Assembly: GCA_965248355.1 (NCBI GenBank) | Contig: OZ252098.1 | Coordinates: forward strand, 5,376,001 to 5,440,000 | Length of the DNA stretch: 64,000 bases | Reading direction: 5' to 3' | Origin: Candidatus Latescibacterota bacterium | GTDB taxonomy: Bacteria; Latescibacterota; UBA2968; UBA8231 | Shown here: positions 1-11,186 of the stretch, piece after piece | Numbering within the stretch: position 1 is the stretch's first letter | How the letters are laid out: each line of letters begins with the position of its first letter | Position numbers and translations under genes: made by a program | Notes under the pieces: generated by a model | Seen by the model: the letters and a program-made list of their open reading frames with translations, nothing else | Databases searched by the model: none | What the model was told of the DNA's origin: nothing

Positions 1-2
1 TC

Positions 3-656
3 CTCGGATGCGAGATGACCCTGACCCTGATCCGGGAGATGCTCCGCGGCTCCCGGGAGACCTTCGAGGGGCAGGCCTACGACATCGGCTGGATCCGCAG
101 CCGCACGGTCCCGGACGAGGAGGAGTTCATGACCATGCTGCGGAAGAAGACCGGCTGGTACACCGGCCGGGGACCGTGCACGGCGGGGGCCATCATCGCC
201 GGGGCGCCGGAGTCGCAGCAGCGCGCTATCGGCGACTTCGGCGAGGCCATGGCCATCGCCTTCCAGATCCGCGACGACCTGCTGAACCTGATGTCGACGG
301 AGGACGACGCGGCGCAGGCGCCGGGCCTGACGGCGGGGGCCTACGGCAAGGAGCGGGGCGGCGACATCGCCGAGGGCAAGCGCACCCTGATCATCATCGA
401 CCTGCTGAGAAAGTGCGACGGCGCAGACCGCTGCCGCGTCCTCGAGATCCTGCACACCGGGCGCGACGAGACGACGCCCGAGCAGACCGAGACCGTGATC
501 GGCATGGCCACCGAGCGCGGTTCGATCGCCTACGCCTCCGAAGTGGCGGACCGGCGCGGCCAGGAAGCCCATCAACTGCTGGAAGAGCTACCGGCGACGG
601 AAGAGCGGGAACTGCTGCGGGAGATGCTGGAGTTCTTCGTCCACAGGGCTTACTGA
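3..656 (+). CDS. Polyprenyl synthetase (trans-isoprenyl diphosphate synthase), 5'-truncated by window edge
   Basis: Motifs EGQAYD, KKTG, second aspartate-rich region AFQIRDDLLN and GGDIAEGKRT; frame open from window start. Confidence 0.9.
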   Translation, partial: LGCEMTLTLIREMLRGSRETFEGQAYDIGWIRSRTVPDEEEFMTMLRKKTGWYTGRGPCTAGAIIAGAPESQQRAIGDFGEAMAIAFQIRDDLLNLMSTEDDAAQAPGLTAGAYGKERGGDIAEGKRTLIIIDLLRKCDGADRCRVLEILHTGRDETTPEQTETVIGMATERGSIAYASEVADRRGQEAHQLLEELPATEERELLREMLEFFVHRAY

Positions 657-690
657 GCCGCGAGGCGGGCCTCCCGGCGGGGTTCCGCGC

Positions 691-1743
691 TCAGTCCCCC
701 GGGTCGTACAGGTAAGCCAGCAGCAGCCGCGCGCAGTTGACGATGGCGCCGGCGTGGCAGATCTCGAGACCGTGGGTGTTGTCGCCCGGGTAGGCGATCA
801 GGGAGGCGCGGCCGGCGGAGCCGGCGGCCCTGGCCAGGGTGGCATCGCTGGCGTAGCTGCTGAGGACGGCGGTCTGCACGCCGAAACCGAGATCCCCGGC
901 CAGCACCGTCATGTGATCGATCATGGGCTCGTGGTAGAGCCCGGAGACATCCTTTGAGGGCAGGACCGGGTCGGCGGTGTTGGCGATCTGGTACTCCTCG
1001 GCCACGGGGGCCAGGTCGAGGGCGATGACGGTCTCGGCCGGCAACTGACCCACCGACCAGACGGCGCCGAGACCGCCGATCTCCTCCTCGGCGCTGGCCA
1101 CGAGGTAGACGTCCCGGGCCGGCGGCTCCCGGTGCAACTGGCGGGCGGCGGCCACCAGCACGGCGAGTCCCGCCCGGCAGTCGAGGTTGTAGCCGCACAG
1201 GAACTCCTCTCCCAGCCACCACGGGGTCTTCCGCCCCCGCGCCAGCACCACGCGCCGCCCCGGCCGCACGCCGTGGCGCTTCAGGCTGTCCGCATCGAGC
1301 TTCGTCTCCACGTACATCTTCTCCCACGTCAGGGCGGCGCCGGACTTCAGGGCGCCGGCCGGGCTCTCGCCCGTGACGTGCTTGGAGCCGATGGAGAGCA
1401 CGCCGGGAACGGACTCGGAGCCGAGCACCTCCACCGGGGTCTCGCCCACGGCCCAGGGGTGCAGTCCGCCCACGGGCTGAACGCGCAGACGGCCCCCGGC
1501 CTCGACGCGCTTGACGATCATGCAGATCTCGTCCTTGTGGGCGGTCACCGCCGTGGCGCTGTCGCTCCGGCGGCCCTTGAAGCGGAGGACGAGGCTGCCG
1601 GCGGCGTCCTGACGGATCCCTTCGGCGCAGAAGGCCAGCATCTCGAGCAGCAGAGCATCGACCTCCCCTTCGACCCCGGAGGGTCCGTGGGCTACCAGCA
1701 GGCGTTCCAGGTCGGCGACCAGGAGGGAGCGGTCGACGTTCAC
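691..1743 (-). CDS. M42 family metallo-aminopeptidase
   Basis: GPSGVE, AHKDE, NLDCRAG, EEEIG and late His (NTHG) metal-ligand pattern of M42/M20 peptidases. Confidence 0.85.
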   Translation of the reverse strand: MNVDRSLLVADLERLLVAHGPSGVEGEVDALLLEMLAFCAEGIRQDAAGSLVLRFKGRRSDSATAVTAHKDEICMIVKRVEAGGRLRVQPVGGLHPWAVGETPVEVLGSESVPGVLSIGSKHVTGESPAGALKSGAALTWEKMYVETKLDADSLKRHGVRPGRRVVLARGRKTPWWLGEEFLCGYNLDCRAGLAVLVAAARQLHREPPARDVYLVASAEEEIGGLGAVWSVGQLPAETVIALDLAPVAEEYQIANTADPVLPSKDVSGLYHEPMIDHMTVLAGDLGFGVQTAVLSSYASDATLARAAGSAGRASLIAYPGDNTHGLEICHAGAIVNCARLLLAYLYDPGD

Positions 1744-1762
1744 GGCGGGTCCTTTCGCCGGC

Positions 1763-2389
1763 TCAGTTTCCCATGGCGGCGGCTGCCGGCATCAGCTCGC
1801 CGAGGAATTCGTCGGCCAGGGAGCGCAGACGCTTCTGCAGGCGCAGGCGGCCCCGGTTGACCCGGGACTTCACCGTGCCCACCGGGCAGTCGATGATCTT
1901 GGCGATCTCCTCGTAGGACAAGCCGTCGAGATCGCGCAACTCCACCGCTTCCCGGAACTCCACCGGCAACTCCTCGATGGCGCGGGTGACCGAGGAATGC
2001 ACCTTGCGCGCATCCGTATATTCGCCAGGAAGCGGGTCGGAGTCCACCGGCTCGAAGCAGGAGATACGCTCCTCCTCCTCCGGGGGGGGACCGATGGGGA
2101 CCCAGTGCCAGCGCTTGCGCCGGCGCAGCTCGGTCTTGGCCAGGTTCCCGGCGATGGTGTAGAGCCAGGTCGAGACCTGCTCGATGGCGGGGTACTGGTG
2201 CTTGTGGCGCAGGCAGCGCAGGAAAGTCTCCTGCACGATGTCCTCGGCGGTCTCGCGGTCGCCCACGAAGCGATAGGCGAAGCTGTACAGGGGCGCGCGG
2301 TAGCGCCGCACGAGGACGGCGAGCTTGTTCGTGTCGTGGGCGGCCTGCCGCAGGACGTTGCGATCGGAGTGCGCTTGGGTGGCATCCAT
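1763..2389 (-). CDS. ECF (RpoE-like) RNA polymerase sigma factor
   Basis: Region 2 AEDIVQETF...TWLYTIAGN and region 4 GLSYEEIA..IDCPVGTVKSRVNRGR; start moved to ATG at 2389, preceded by GGAGG. Confidence 0.92.
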   Translation of the reverse strand: MDATQAHSDRNVLRQAAHDTNKLAVLVRRYRAPLYSFAYRFVGDRETAEDIVQETFLRCLRHKHQYPAIEQVSTWLYTIAGNLAKTELRRRKRWHWVPIGPPPEEEERISCFEPVDSDPLPGEYTDARKVHSSVTRAIEELPVEFREAVELRDLDGLSYEEIAKIIDCPVGTVKSRVNRGRLRLQKRLRSLADEFLGELMPAAAAMGN

Positions 2390-2441
2390 GACTGCCTCCA
2401 TCTCTTGCGAGGGCTTGGCTGTAGGTCTCGTGGTCTGGAAC

Positions 2442-2456
2442 GCAATCTGCGTGCCA
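2442..2456 (-). promoter_or_regulatory. Sigma54 -24/-12 promoter upstream of the ECF sigma gene
   Basis: Minus strand TGGCACGCAGATTGC matches TGGCAC-N5-TTGC exactly, about 53 bp before the start codon. Confidence 0.75.
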
Positions 2457-2648
2457 GACCATGAATATTCTCGCAACCACCTGTTTACAATGATGTTGTG
2501 GAGTATTCCCCCGATCCTGTCCGAGACTCTGAGGACCGGCTGGCGGCTCAGGATTCTGAGGATTCGCTCCAGAGTTCTGAGCCTTGGGCGGCTTTGACCC
2601 GCTTCGGATGCGGCCCTTAGATTCGGCGCCATCCCAGCGGAAAGAAGA

Positions 2649-3263
2649 ATGGACGCGGACGTCACCCGGACCCTCCAGAAGTTCTGCGAGACCAACGACC
2701 TCCGGCGGCTCGAGGCGGAGGAGATCCTGGAGTTGCTGGCCGACGGGGAGGATCCCGAGTGGATCGCCTCCCAGGCGGCTCAGGACCGGCCCGGGTCGGC
2801 GGAGCCCCTCGCCGCCCTGCTCGAGGAACTGGCTCCTCAAGTGCGGCCGGCCCCGGTCGAAGAGGCGGAGCCGGAGATAGCGGCCGAGAGTCCCGGGATC
2901 GACATCGAGTCGAGGCTGGGCGCCCTCGGTCAAGCCCTGCCCCCCGGGGTCGATGCCGGGCAGCTGCGGCAGGTGCTGGACTCGCCGCAGGGCGGGCTGA
3001 TGGCCGACTTCGGTCTGTTCTGCCAGGAGCGCGGTTACGAGTCTCCCGGGGAGGAGGAGCTGCAACGGATCCACGAAGAATGGCTGCAGACCCCGCGGGA
3101 CAGCCTCGGCGGCCGGCGCCCGGCGGAGATGCTGCAGGGAGGGCGGCTGCTGCCGGAGAGGGTGGTCACCTTCCGCCGCCAGCAGCCGAAGGTGGGGCGC
3201 AACGACCCCTGTCCGTGCGGCAGCGGCAGGAAGCACAAGAAGTGCTGCGGGCGAGGAGGCTGA
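2649..3263 (+). CDS. SEC-C motif domain-containing protein
   Basis: C-terminal [20 protein letters not shown]. Confidence 0.85.
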   Translation: MDADVTRTLQKFCETNDLRRLEAEEILELLADGEDPEWIASQAAQDRPGSAEPLAALLEELAPQVRPAPVEEAEPEIAAESPGIDIESRLGALGQALPPGVDAGQLRQVLDSPQGGLMADFGLFCQERGYESPGEEELQRIHEEWLQTPRDSLGGRRPAEMLQGGRLLPERVVTFRRQQPKVGRNDPCPCGSGRKHKKCCGRGG

Positions 3264-3267
3264 GGGA

Positions 3268-3807
3268 TTGGAGCGGAAGGAGGGCCGGATCGCCGGCGTC
3301 TTCACCCTGGAGCTGGACGTGTTCGGCGACCACCGCGGGAGGTTCGCCGAGATCTTCCGCCGCGAGTGGTTCCCCGGGCGCGCCTGGGATCGGTTTCAGG
3401 TCAACCGCTCCCACTCGGTGCCCGGCGTCCTGCGCGGCCTGCACTTCCACCACCTCCAGGCCGACTGCTGGCACTGCGTGGCCGGGTCGTTGCGCGTAGG
3501 TCTGTACGACCTGCGGCGGAGATCCCCGACCCGCGGCGTGGGGGAGGTCCTGCAACTCGACGGCGAGTCCTTCCGGTCTCTCTTCATCCCGCCGGGAGTG
3601 GCACACGGCTATCACACCCTCACCGAGGCGACCTTCCTGTACGTGGTCGACCAGTACTACACGGGAGGGGACGAGCGCGGCCTGGCCTGGGACGATCCGG
3701 AGGTCGGCCTCGACTGGGGCGTCAAGCCCGGCACGAGCCCCTCGATCTCCGAGCGGGACGCCGCCAACCCCCGGCTGTGCGAGCTCGGAGAGGCCGACCT
3801 GCCCTGA
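3268..3807 (+). CDS. rfbC: dTDP-4-dehydrorhamnose 3,5-epimerase family protein
   Basis: DHRGRFAE, GVLRGLHFH, DLRRRSPT, FIPPGVAHGY, WDDP, SERD motifs; TTG start. Confidence 0.88.
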   Translation: MERKEGRIAGVFTLELDVFGDHRGRFAEIFRREWFPGRAWDRFQVNRSHSVPGVLRGLHFHHLQADCWHCVAGSLRVGLYDLRRRSPTRGVGEVLQLDGESFRSLFIPPGVAHGYHTLTEATFLYVVDQYYTGGDERGLAWDDPEVGLDWGVKPGTSPSISERDAANPRLCELGEADLP

Positions 3808-4661
3808 TGGTCCTGCTCGAGTCCCTCGTGCGCTCCGGAGCGTTGCGCATCGCGCCTCCGGGGCAGGTGTTCTGGTACACCTCCGGCACGGTGGGGCCCT
3901 ACTACATCAACACCCACTACCTCTTTGGCGGCCCCGAAGGCGCCGGGGAGCTGCTCGCCTTCATCGATGCCGAGTCGAGGTTCGCCGATTTCCACGCACG
4001 CCTGGTGGAGCGCGTCTCGGCGCAGCTGGCATCGGACCGGGACTATGCCGCCGTGATCGACGCCCTGGTCGCCTCGATCGGCAGGCGTGAGCCGGCGGGC
4101 GGGGTCGACTGGATCTCGGGAGGAGAGCGCCGCGACTGGTTCTTCTCCGCCGCCGTCGCCCTGAGGACGGGGCGTCCGCACCTCTACCTCTACAAGGACG
4201 GAGCCGCCCTGCGGCCGGAGGGGGATGTCCTGAAGGAGGCCGGCGATCTCCGTGGCCGGACCACGGCTCACGTGGCCGACCTGGTGACCGAGGCCTCCTC
4301 CTACACCCGCGCCTGGATCCCGGCGTTGCGCGGGCGGGGCGGTGAGATGGCGGTCAGCGCCAACGTCGTCGACCGCGGACAGGGGGGGGTGGAGGTGATC
4401 GCCGCGGCCGGCGTCGACGCCGGGGCCTGTCTGCGCATCGACGAGGTCATGTTCGCCGATCTGCGCCATCGCCGCCTGATCAGCGAGGTCCAGCATTCGC
4501 TGCTGGTCGACTACTTCGGCGACCCCGCCGGCGCCATGCGCCGTTTCCTCTTGGAGCACCCGGCCTTCCTCCAGGGCGCTCTGGCCTCCGGCGAGGCGCG
4601 CATCGCCGAGCGGGCCCGGCTGCTGGTGGAGCGGGATCCGTACGGGTTGAGGGACGGCTGA
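3807..4661 (+). CDS. Orotate phosphoribosyltransferase-like (type I PRTase) protein
   Basis: FWYTSG..GPYYIN, HVADLVTEASSY (PRPP loop variant), VVDRGQGG; TGATG overlap with the upstream gene. Confidence 0.7.
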   Translation: MVLLESLVRSGALRIAPPGQVFWYTSGTVGPYYINTHYLFGGPEGAGELLAFIDAESRFADFHARLVERVSAQLASDRDYAAVIDALVASIGRREPAGGVDWISGGERRDWFFSAAVALRTGRPHLYLYKDGAALRPEGDVLKEAGDLRGRTTAHVADLVTEASSYTRAWIPALRGRGGEMAVSANVVDRGQGGVEVIAAAGVDAGACLRIDEVMFADLRHRRLISEVQHSLLVDYFGDPAGAMRRFLLEHPAFLQGALASGEARIAERARLLVERDPYGLRDG

Positions 4662-4670
4662 GGCCGCCGC

Positions 4671-7600
4671 CTATCCGGCCGCCTCGAGCATCTCCTCCAC
4701 CACCTGCACCGACACCAGCTGGGACACACCCTCCTCCGGCATGGTCACGCCGTGGAGGGCGTCGGCCGACGCCATGGACAGCTTGTTGTGCGTCACCGCG
4801 ATGAACTGGGTGGTGCGCGCGAACTCGCGCAGCACGTGCAGGAAGCGCTCGGTGTTGGTGTCGTCCAGGGGGGCGTCGACCTCGTCGAGGATGCACCAGG
4901 GGCTCGGCTTGACCTGGTAGATGGCGAAGAGCAGGGCGATCGCCGTCAGGGCGCGCTCGCCCCCGGAGAGCAGGCCGATGCTCTGCAGGCGCTTGCCCCG
5001 GGGCCGGGCGGTGATCTCGATGTTGGACTCCAGGGGATCCGCGTCGGCCTCCAGTTGCAGATCGGCCTCGCCGCCGGGAAAGAACCGGGCGAAGGTCTCG
5101 CGGAACCTCTCGCGGATCTCGGTGAAGGTCTCGCGGAAGAGGCGCCGGGCGACGCGGTCGATGTGCTGAAGGCTCTTGCGCAGGTCCTCGGCGGCGGCCT
5201 GCAGGTCGTCGCGCTGTCCGCAGAGGAAATCGTGGCGCTCCTTCTGCTCCTCGAAATCCTCCAGGACCGCCACGTCCACCGCGCCCAGCCGCCCGATGGA
5301 GCGGCGGATCTGCTCCAGCCGATGACCGGCGGCTTCAGCGTCGAAGTCGGCCTCCTCGAGGGGACCGAGACCCGCCACATCGACCTCGTATTCCTCGGTG
5401 AGCCGCTCCTGGACCCGCCGGGACTCGGCGCCCATCTCCGCGAGCCGCAGCTCCAACTGGTGCCGGCGGTCCCTCTCGGCCACCAGGTCCCGCTGCAGGC
5501 GGCGGATCTCCTCCTCGAGCCGTTGGACCCCGGCCGTCCCCTCCTGCCACTGGCGGTGGCGGTCCTGACGCTCGCCTTCCAGACGCTCCCGCTCCCCGTG
5601 GCTGGCGGCCAGTTGCGCCGTGATCTCCTTCTCTTCCTCCTCCAGCCGGGCACGGTCCCGATCGGCCTGGGTCACCTCCTTCTGCAGCCGTTCGATCGTG
5701 GTCTCGTGACTCTGGCGGACCCGTTCCAGGCGCTCGGACTCGTCCCGCAGACCCCTGGTCTGCGCCTCGATCCGAACCTTCTCCATGCGCAGGCCTCCGA
5801 GGGCCTCCTGCTGCTCGCGCCGGAAGTGCTCGGCGGCCTCGAGCCGCTCCTCCCGGGACTGGATCCGGGCCTCCAGCTCCGCCGCCTCCCCCTCGATCCG
5901 GGTCAGGCGCTCCTCTTCCAGAGGGCCGCCGTCGGCCAGCCGGCGGAGCCTCTCCGCGATCTCGGTGAGCCTTTTCTGCTGTTGCTCGCGTCGAGCCGTC
6001 AGCCGGTCCCGCTCGTCGCGGGCCGAGCGAAGCTGCAGGCGCTCCTCCCCCTCGGCCTGGCGTTCGCTCTCCAGCCGCCCGGTCAGGCTTCCCATGCGGG
6101 CCTCGAGGACGTCCCGGCGCCTCACCTCCGCTCCGGTGACCGCCTCGGCGGCGGCCAGGCGCGCCTGCCGGCGCGACAGGGCGAAGCGCAGCTCTCCGAT
6201 CTCCCGTCGCCGCCGGAGGAGGCCTTCCTCGGATGCCTCGGCGCCGCCGGCCAGGCGACCATCGGTGCCGACCCCCTCGCCGACCGCGGTCACGAGGCGC
6301 ATGGGCAAGCCGCGGTGCCGGCGGGCCAGGGCGACCGCCGTGGGCAGATCGTCCACGAGAAAGGCGTTGTGCAGAAGCCGGTTCAGCAGCGGCGCCAGGT
6401 GGTCGCCGGCCCGGACCCGCTCCACCAGGGGGCCCGAGACCCCGGCGACACCGCTCAGGTCCACCGGCGGCTCCCGGGGGCCGTCCTGCCAGGAGAGGGG
6501 GTAGATCCCCGCCCGGCCGGAGCGTCGGCGCAGGTATTCGAGGGCTTCCAGCAAACCGTCGTCACGGCGGGCCACCAGGGCCTCGAGGGCGTCGCCCAGA
6601 ACGGTTTCCACGGCGCGTTCCAGACCCGGTTCGACCGCGACCAGATCCCCGAGGACGCCTTCGAAGAGTTCGGAGCAGGGGGAATCGACCAACAGCTCGC
6701 GGACCCCGCCGGCATAGCCTTCGTACCCGGAGCGCAGCTTCTCCAGGCCCTGGACGCGGGCGCTCTCCGACTCGATCTCGCGGCGCAGCTCGGCCAGGCG
6801 GCCGATGCTCGCCGAGACGACGGCTTCGGCCACCGCCCTCCTCTGCCTGGCCTGGTCGAGAACTTCGGCGATCGCCGCGATCCGCCCCCGGCGCACCTCC
6901 AACCGGGATTCGACGGCCGCCACCGAGGTGCGCGCCCGGTCCAGGCCGCCGTCGTCCTCCTCGACCTCGGCGCGCAGGTGCGCCGCCATCTGCTCGAGGC
7001 CGTGGCCCTCCGTCCGCAGCCGGACCATGGATTCGCTGCGCTCGCTCCTCTCGCGCATCAGCTCGCGCAAACGGCGGTTCTCGCCTTCCAGTCCAGACCG
7101 GATCGACTCGTAGTCCGCGAAGGCTGCAGAGGTCTTGTCCTCCTGCGATCGCAACCGGTCCGCCACGCCCGCCGCCTTGGCCTCGGTCCGCTCGAGATTC
7201 GACCGGGTCTCCTCGAGCTGGCCGGCGGTCTCGCGCAGCTGGGTGCGCGAGTCCTCCCGCAGGCCCGAGGCGCGCTCCATGGACCGCTCCTGGGCCTGGC
7301 GCCGCTCCCGCGACGAGACCAGCCGGGTGTCGAGGGTGTGGATCTCCTCCTGACATCTGGACAGGCGAAGGCCCGCCTCCTGCAGGGCGCCCTCGGACTC
7401 GGTGAAGGCGAGGCGCTGCGTCTCCAGCTCGGCCTCGAGGGCCGTGAACCTGGTCAGTCCCGCCTCAACCGTCCTGGACAGCTCGTCGAACTCCTGCTGC
7501 AGGGGCTGCAGCCGCTCCTGCAGGGAGAAGAACTGGTGCCGGCCGAAGCGCACGTCGAGGTCGTCGAGCTCGGACCTCAACTCCTGGTAGCGTCGGGCCC

Positions 7601-8231
7601 GGCCCACCTGGCGGCCGAGGAGGTCGACGTTCCGCTTGATCTCGCCGATGCGATCCTCGAGGCGCAACAGGTCCGCCCGGGTCGACTCGAGCTTGTTCCA
7701 GGTCGACCGCCTGCGGGCCTTGTACTTGGTGATCCCCGCCGCTTCCTCGAGGAGGCGGCGGCGGTTCTCGGTCTTGTCGCTGATGATCTCGTCGACCATC
7801 CCCTGCTCCATCACCGAGTAGGCCCCCGGACCCAGTCCCGTATCCATCAGCAGGTTCTGGATGTCGAGGAGCCGGCACGGAACCTTGTTCAGCAGATAGT
7901 CGCTGTCGCCGGAGCGGAACAGGCGGCGGGTGATGGTCACCTCCGTGTAGTCGATGGCCAGTCCCTGCTCGGTGTTGTCGATGGTCAGCGATACCTCGCA
8001 CATGCCCAGAGGCTTGCGGCTGCGGGTGCCGGCGAAGATCACGTCCTCCATGCGGTGGCCGCGAACGGCGCCGGCGCGCTGCTCGCCGAGGACCCACCGG
8101 ATCGCTTCCACGATGTTGGACTTGCCGCAGCCATTGGGCCCGACGATACCCGTGATCCCGGAACCGAAGGGGATCTCCGTCTTGTTGAGGAAGGACTTGA
8201 AGCCGAAGACGTCGAGATGGGTCAGACGCAA
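4671..8231 (-). CDS. smc: Chromosome segregation protein SMC
   Basis: Walker A GPNGCGKSN, long coiled coils with hinge, LSGGE signature, Walker B ILDEVDAPLD. Confidence 0.97.
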   Translation of the reverse strand: MRLTHLDVFGFKSFLNKTEIPFGSGITGIVGPNGCGKSNIVEAIRWVLGEQRAGAVRGHRMEDVIFAGTRSRKPLGMCEVSLTIDNTEQGLAIDYTEVTITRRLFRSGDSDYLLNKVPCRLLDIQNLLMDTGLGPGAYSVMEQGMVDEIISDKTENRRRLLEEAAGITKYKARRRSTWNKLESTRADLLRLEDRIGEIKRNVDLLGRQVGRARRYQELRSELDDLDVRFGRHQFFSLQERLQPLQQEFDELSRTVEAGLTRFTALEAELETQRLAFTESEGALQEAGLRLSRCQEEIHTLDTRLVSSRERRQAQERSMERASGLREDSRTQLRETAGQLEETRSNLERTEAKAAGVADRLRSQEDKTSAAFADYESIRSGLEGENRRLRELMRERSERSESMVRLRTEGHGLEQMAAHLRAEVEEDDGGLDRARTSVAAVESRLEVRRGRIAAIAEVLDQARQRRAVAEAVVSASIGRLAELRREIESESARVQGLEKLRSGYEGYAGGVRELLVDSPCSELFEGVLGDLVAVEPGLERAVETVLGDALEALVARRDDGLLEALEYLRRRSGRAGIYPLSWQDGPREPPVDLSGVAGVSGPLVERVRAGDHLAPLLNRLLHNAFLVDDLPTAVALARRHRGLPMRLVTAVGEGVGTDGRLAGGAEASEEGLLRRRREIGELRFALSRRQARLAAAEAVTGAEVRRRDVLEARMGSLTGRLESERQAEGEERLQLRSARDERDRLTARREQQQKRLTEIAERLRRLADGGPLEEERLTRIEGEAAELEARIQSREERLEAAEHFRREQQEALGGLRMEKVRIEAQTRGLRDESERLERVRQSHETTIERLQKEVTQADRDRARLEEEEKEITAQLAASHGERERLEGERQDRHRQWQEGTAGVQRLEEEIRRLQRDLVAERDRRHQLELRLAEMGAESRRVQERLTEEYEVDVAGLGPLEEADFDAEAAGHRLEQIRRSIGRLGAVDVAVLEDFEEQKERHDFLCGQRDDLQAAAEDLRKSLQHIDRVARRLFRETFTEIRERFRETFARFFPGGEADLQLEADADPLESNIEITARPRGKRLQSIGLLSGGERALTAIALLFAIYQVKPSPWCILDEVDAPLDDTNTERFLHVLREFARTTQFIAVTHNKLSMASADALHGVTMPEEGVSQLVSVQVVEEMLEAAG

Positions 8232-8322
8232 GCCGAAATCTCCTCGCCGGAGGCGCGACCGGCGGGAACGGGCGGATGCGGGGAGAGAGGCGAACCACTA
8301 CCGGGTGGGGAGCGACACAGGA

Positions 8323-8352
8323 ACGATACCATCATGTAGGTTACCCGGTCAA
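8323..8352 (-). promoter_or_regulatory. Putative sigma70 promoter of smc
   Basis: Minus strand TTGACC-N18-TATCGT with TG extension. Confidence 0.45.
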
Positions 8353-8386
8353 GGCGGAGACCGGCGGGCCGGGTGCCCTGGGCGCC

Positions 8387-8872
8387 TCAGAAATCGAGCG
8401 TCGAGTCGTCGGGAAGCTCGTCGTCGAGGCCCATGGAGATGGCGTGCTCGGCGGTGATCTCCCGGCGTCCGCCGAAGCCGCCGTCCACCTCGTGCCAGTA
8501 GCCGATGCCGGCTTCGCCCCGGCGCCAGCACAGGTAGACCCAGCGTCCCTCGTAGGTGGTGGGGAAATCGACGATACCCTGTTCCAGGCCCCCGGCGGGA
8601 AAGCGCAGGCCAAGGGCGAGGATGTCCTTGTGCACGATCCCCTCCACGGCCGCCGCGGCCTCCTCCATGCCGCGGCGGTGGTCGAGGAGCTCGGCGTGGT
8701 CCGGGTTGTCCGCCGATTCGACGTCGTCCCCCCAGAGGGTCTGAAGGATCTGGAGGCCTTCGTAGTGCCGGACCCAGCTCTGGCGGTGCTCGTCCAGGCG
8801 GGCGAAGACCGACTCCAGCCAGGGGATCATGCCCTTGGCCTGGTCGATGGTGAAGGGGCGGTGGGAAGCCAT
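8387..8872 (-). CDS. DUF2203 family protein
   Basis: FTIDQAKGMIP N-terminus and GIVDFPT...VYLCWRRGE..IGYWHEVDGGFGGRR. Confidence 0.85.
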   Translation of the reverse strand: MASHRPFTIDQAKGMIPWLESVFARLDEHRQSWVRHYEGLQILQTLWGDDVESADNPDHAELLDHRRGMEEAAAAVEGIVHKDILALGLRFPAGGLEQGIVDFPTTYEGRWVYLCWRRGEAGIGYWHEVDGGFGGRREITAEHAISMGLDDELPDDSTLDF

Positions 8873-9018
8873 GTCGTTACAGGAAGATATGCAGAGTGGC
8901 CTGCCGCGGGTGGCGGAAGGGCCTTCGATGTGGAATTCTTGCGCAGCATGGGGGGCGGCGTCATATTTGCTCGGCGCCCGGGCTCGCCCCCGGGCCTTCT
9001 TCGTTGAGGCTCTCCGTA

Positions 9019-11140
<2,122 letters not shown>

Positions 11141-11186
11141 GGCCCCGCTCTCGCCCGATATCGCCGGACCGCGCCTCGCCGGCGCC

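Noticed and set aside
653..695. Bidirectional terminator between convergent genes
   Set aside because: Only short CTGAG/CTCAG and CGCG arms and no U-tract; too weak to call
4752..8339. Very long antisense or alternate-frame ORFs (also 15454-18039, 25829-28516, 28455-31802, 47880-52607)
   Set aside because: Shadow ORFs of high-GC genes: no motifs, and each fully overlaps a better-supported gene
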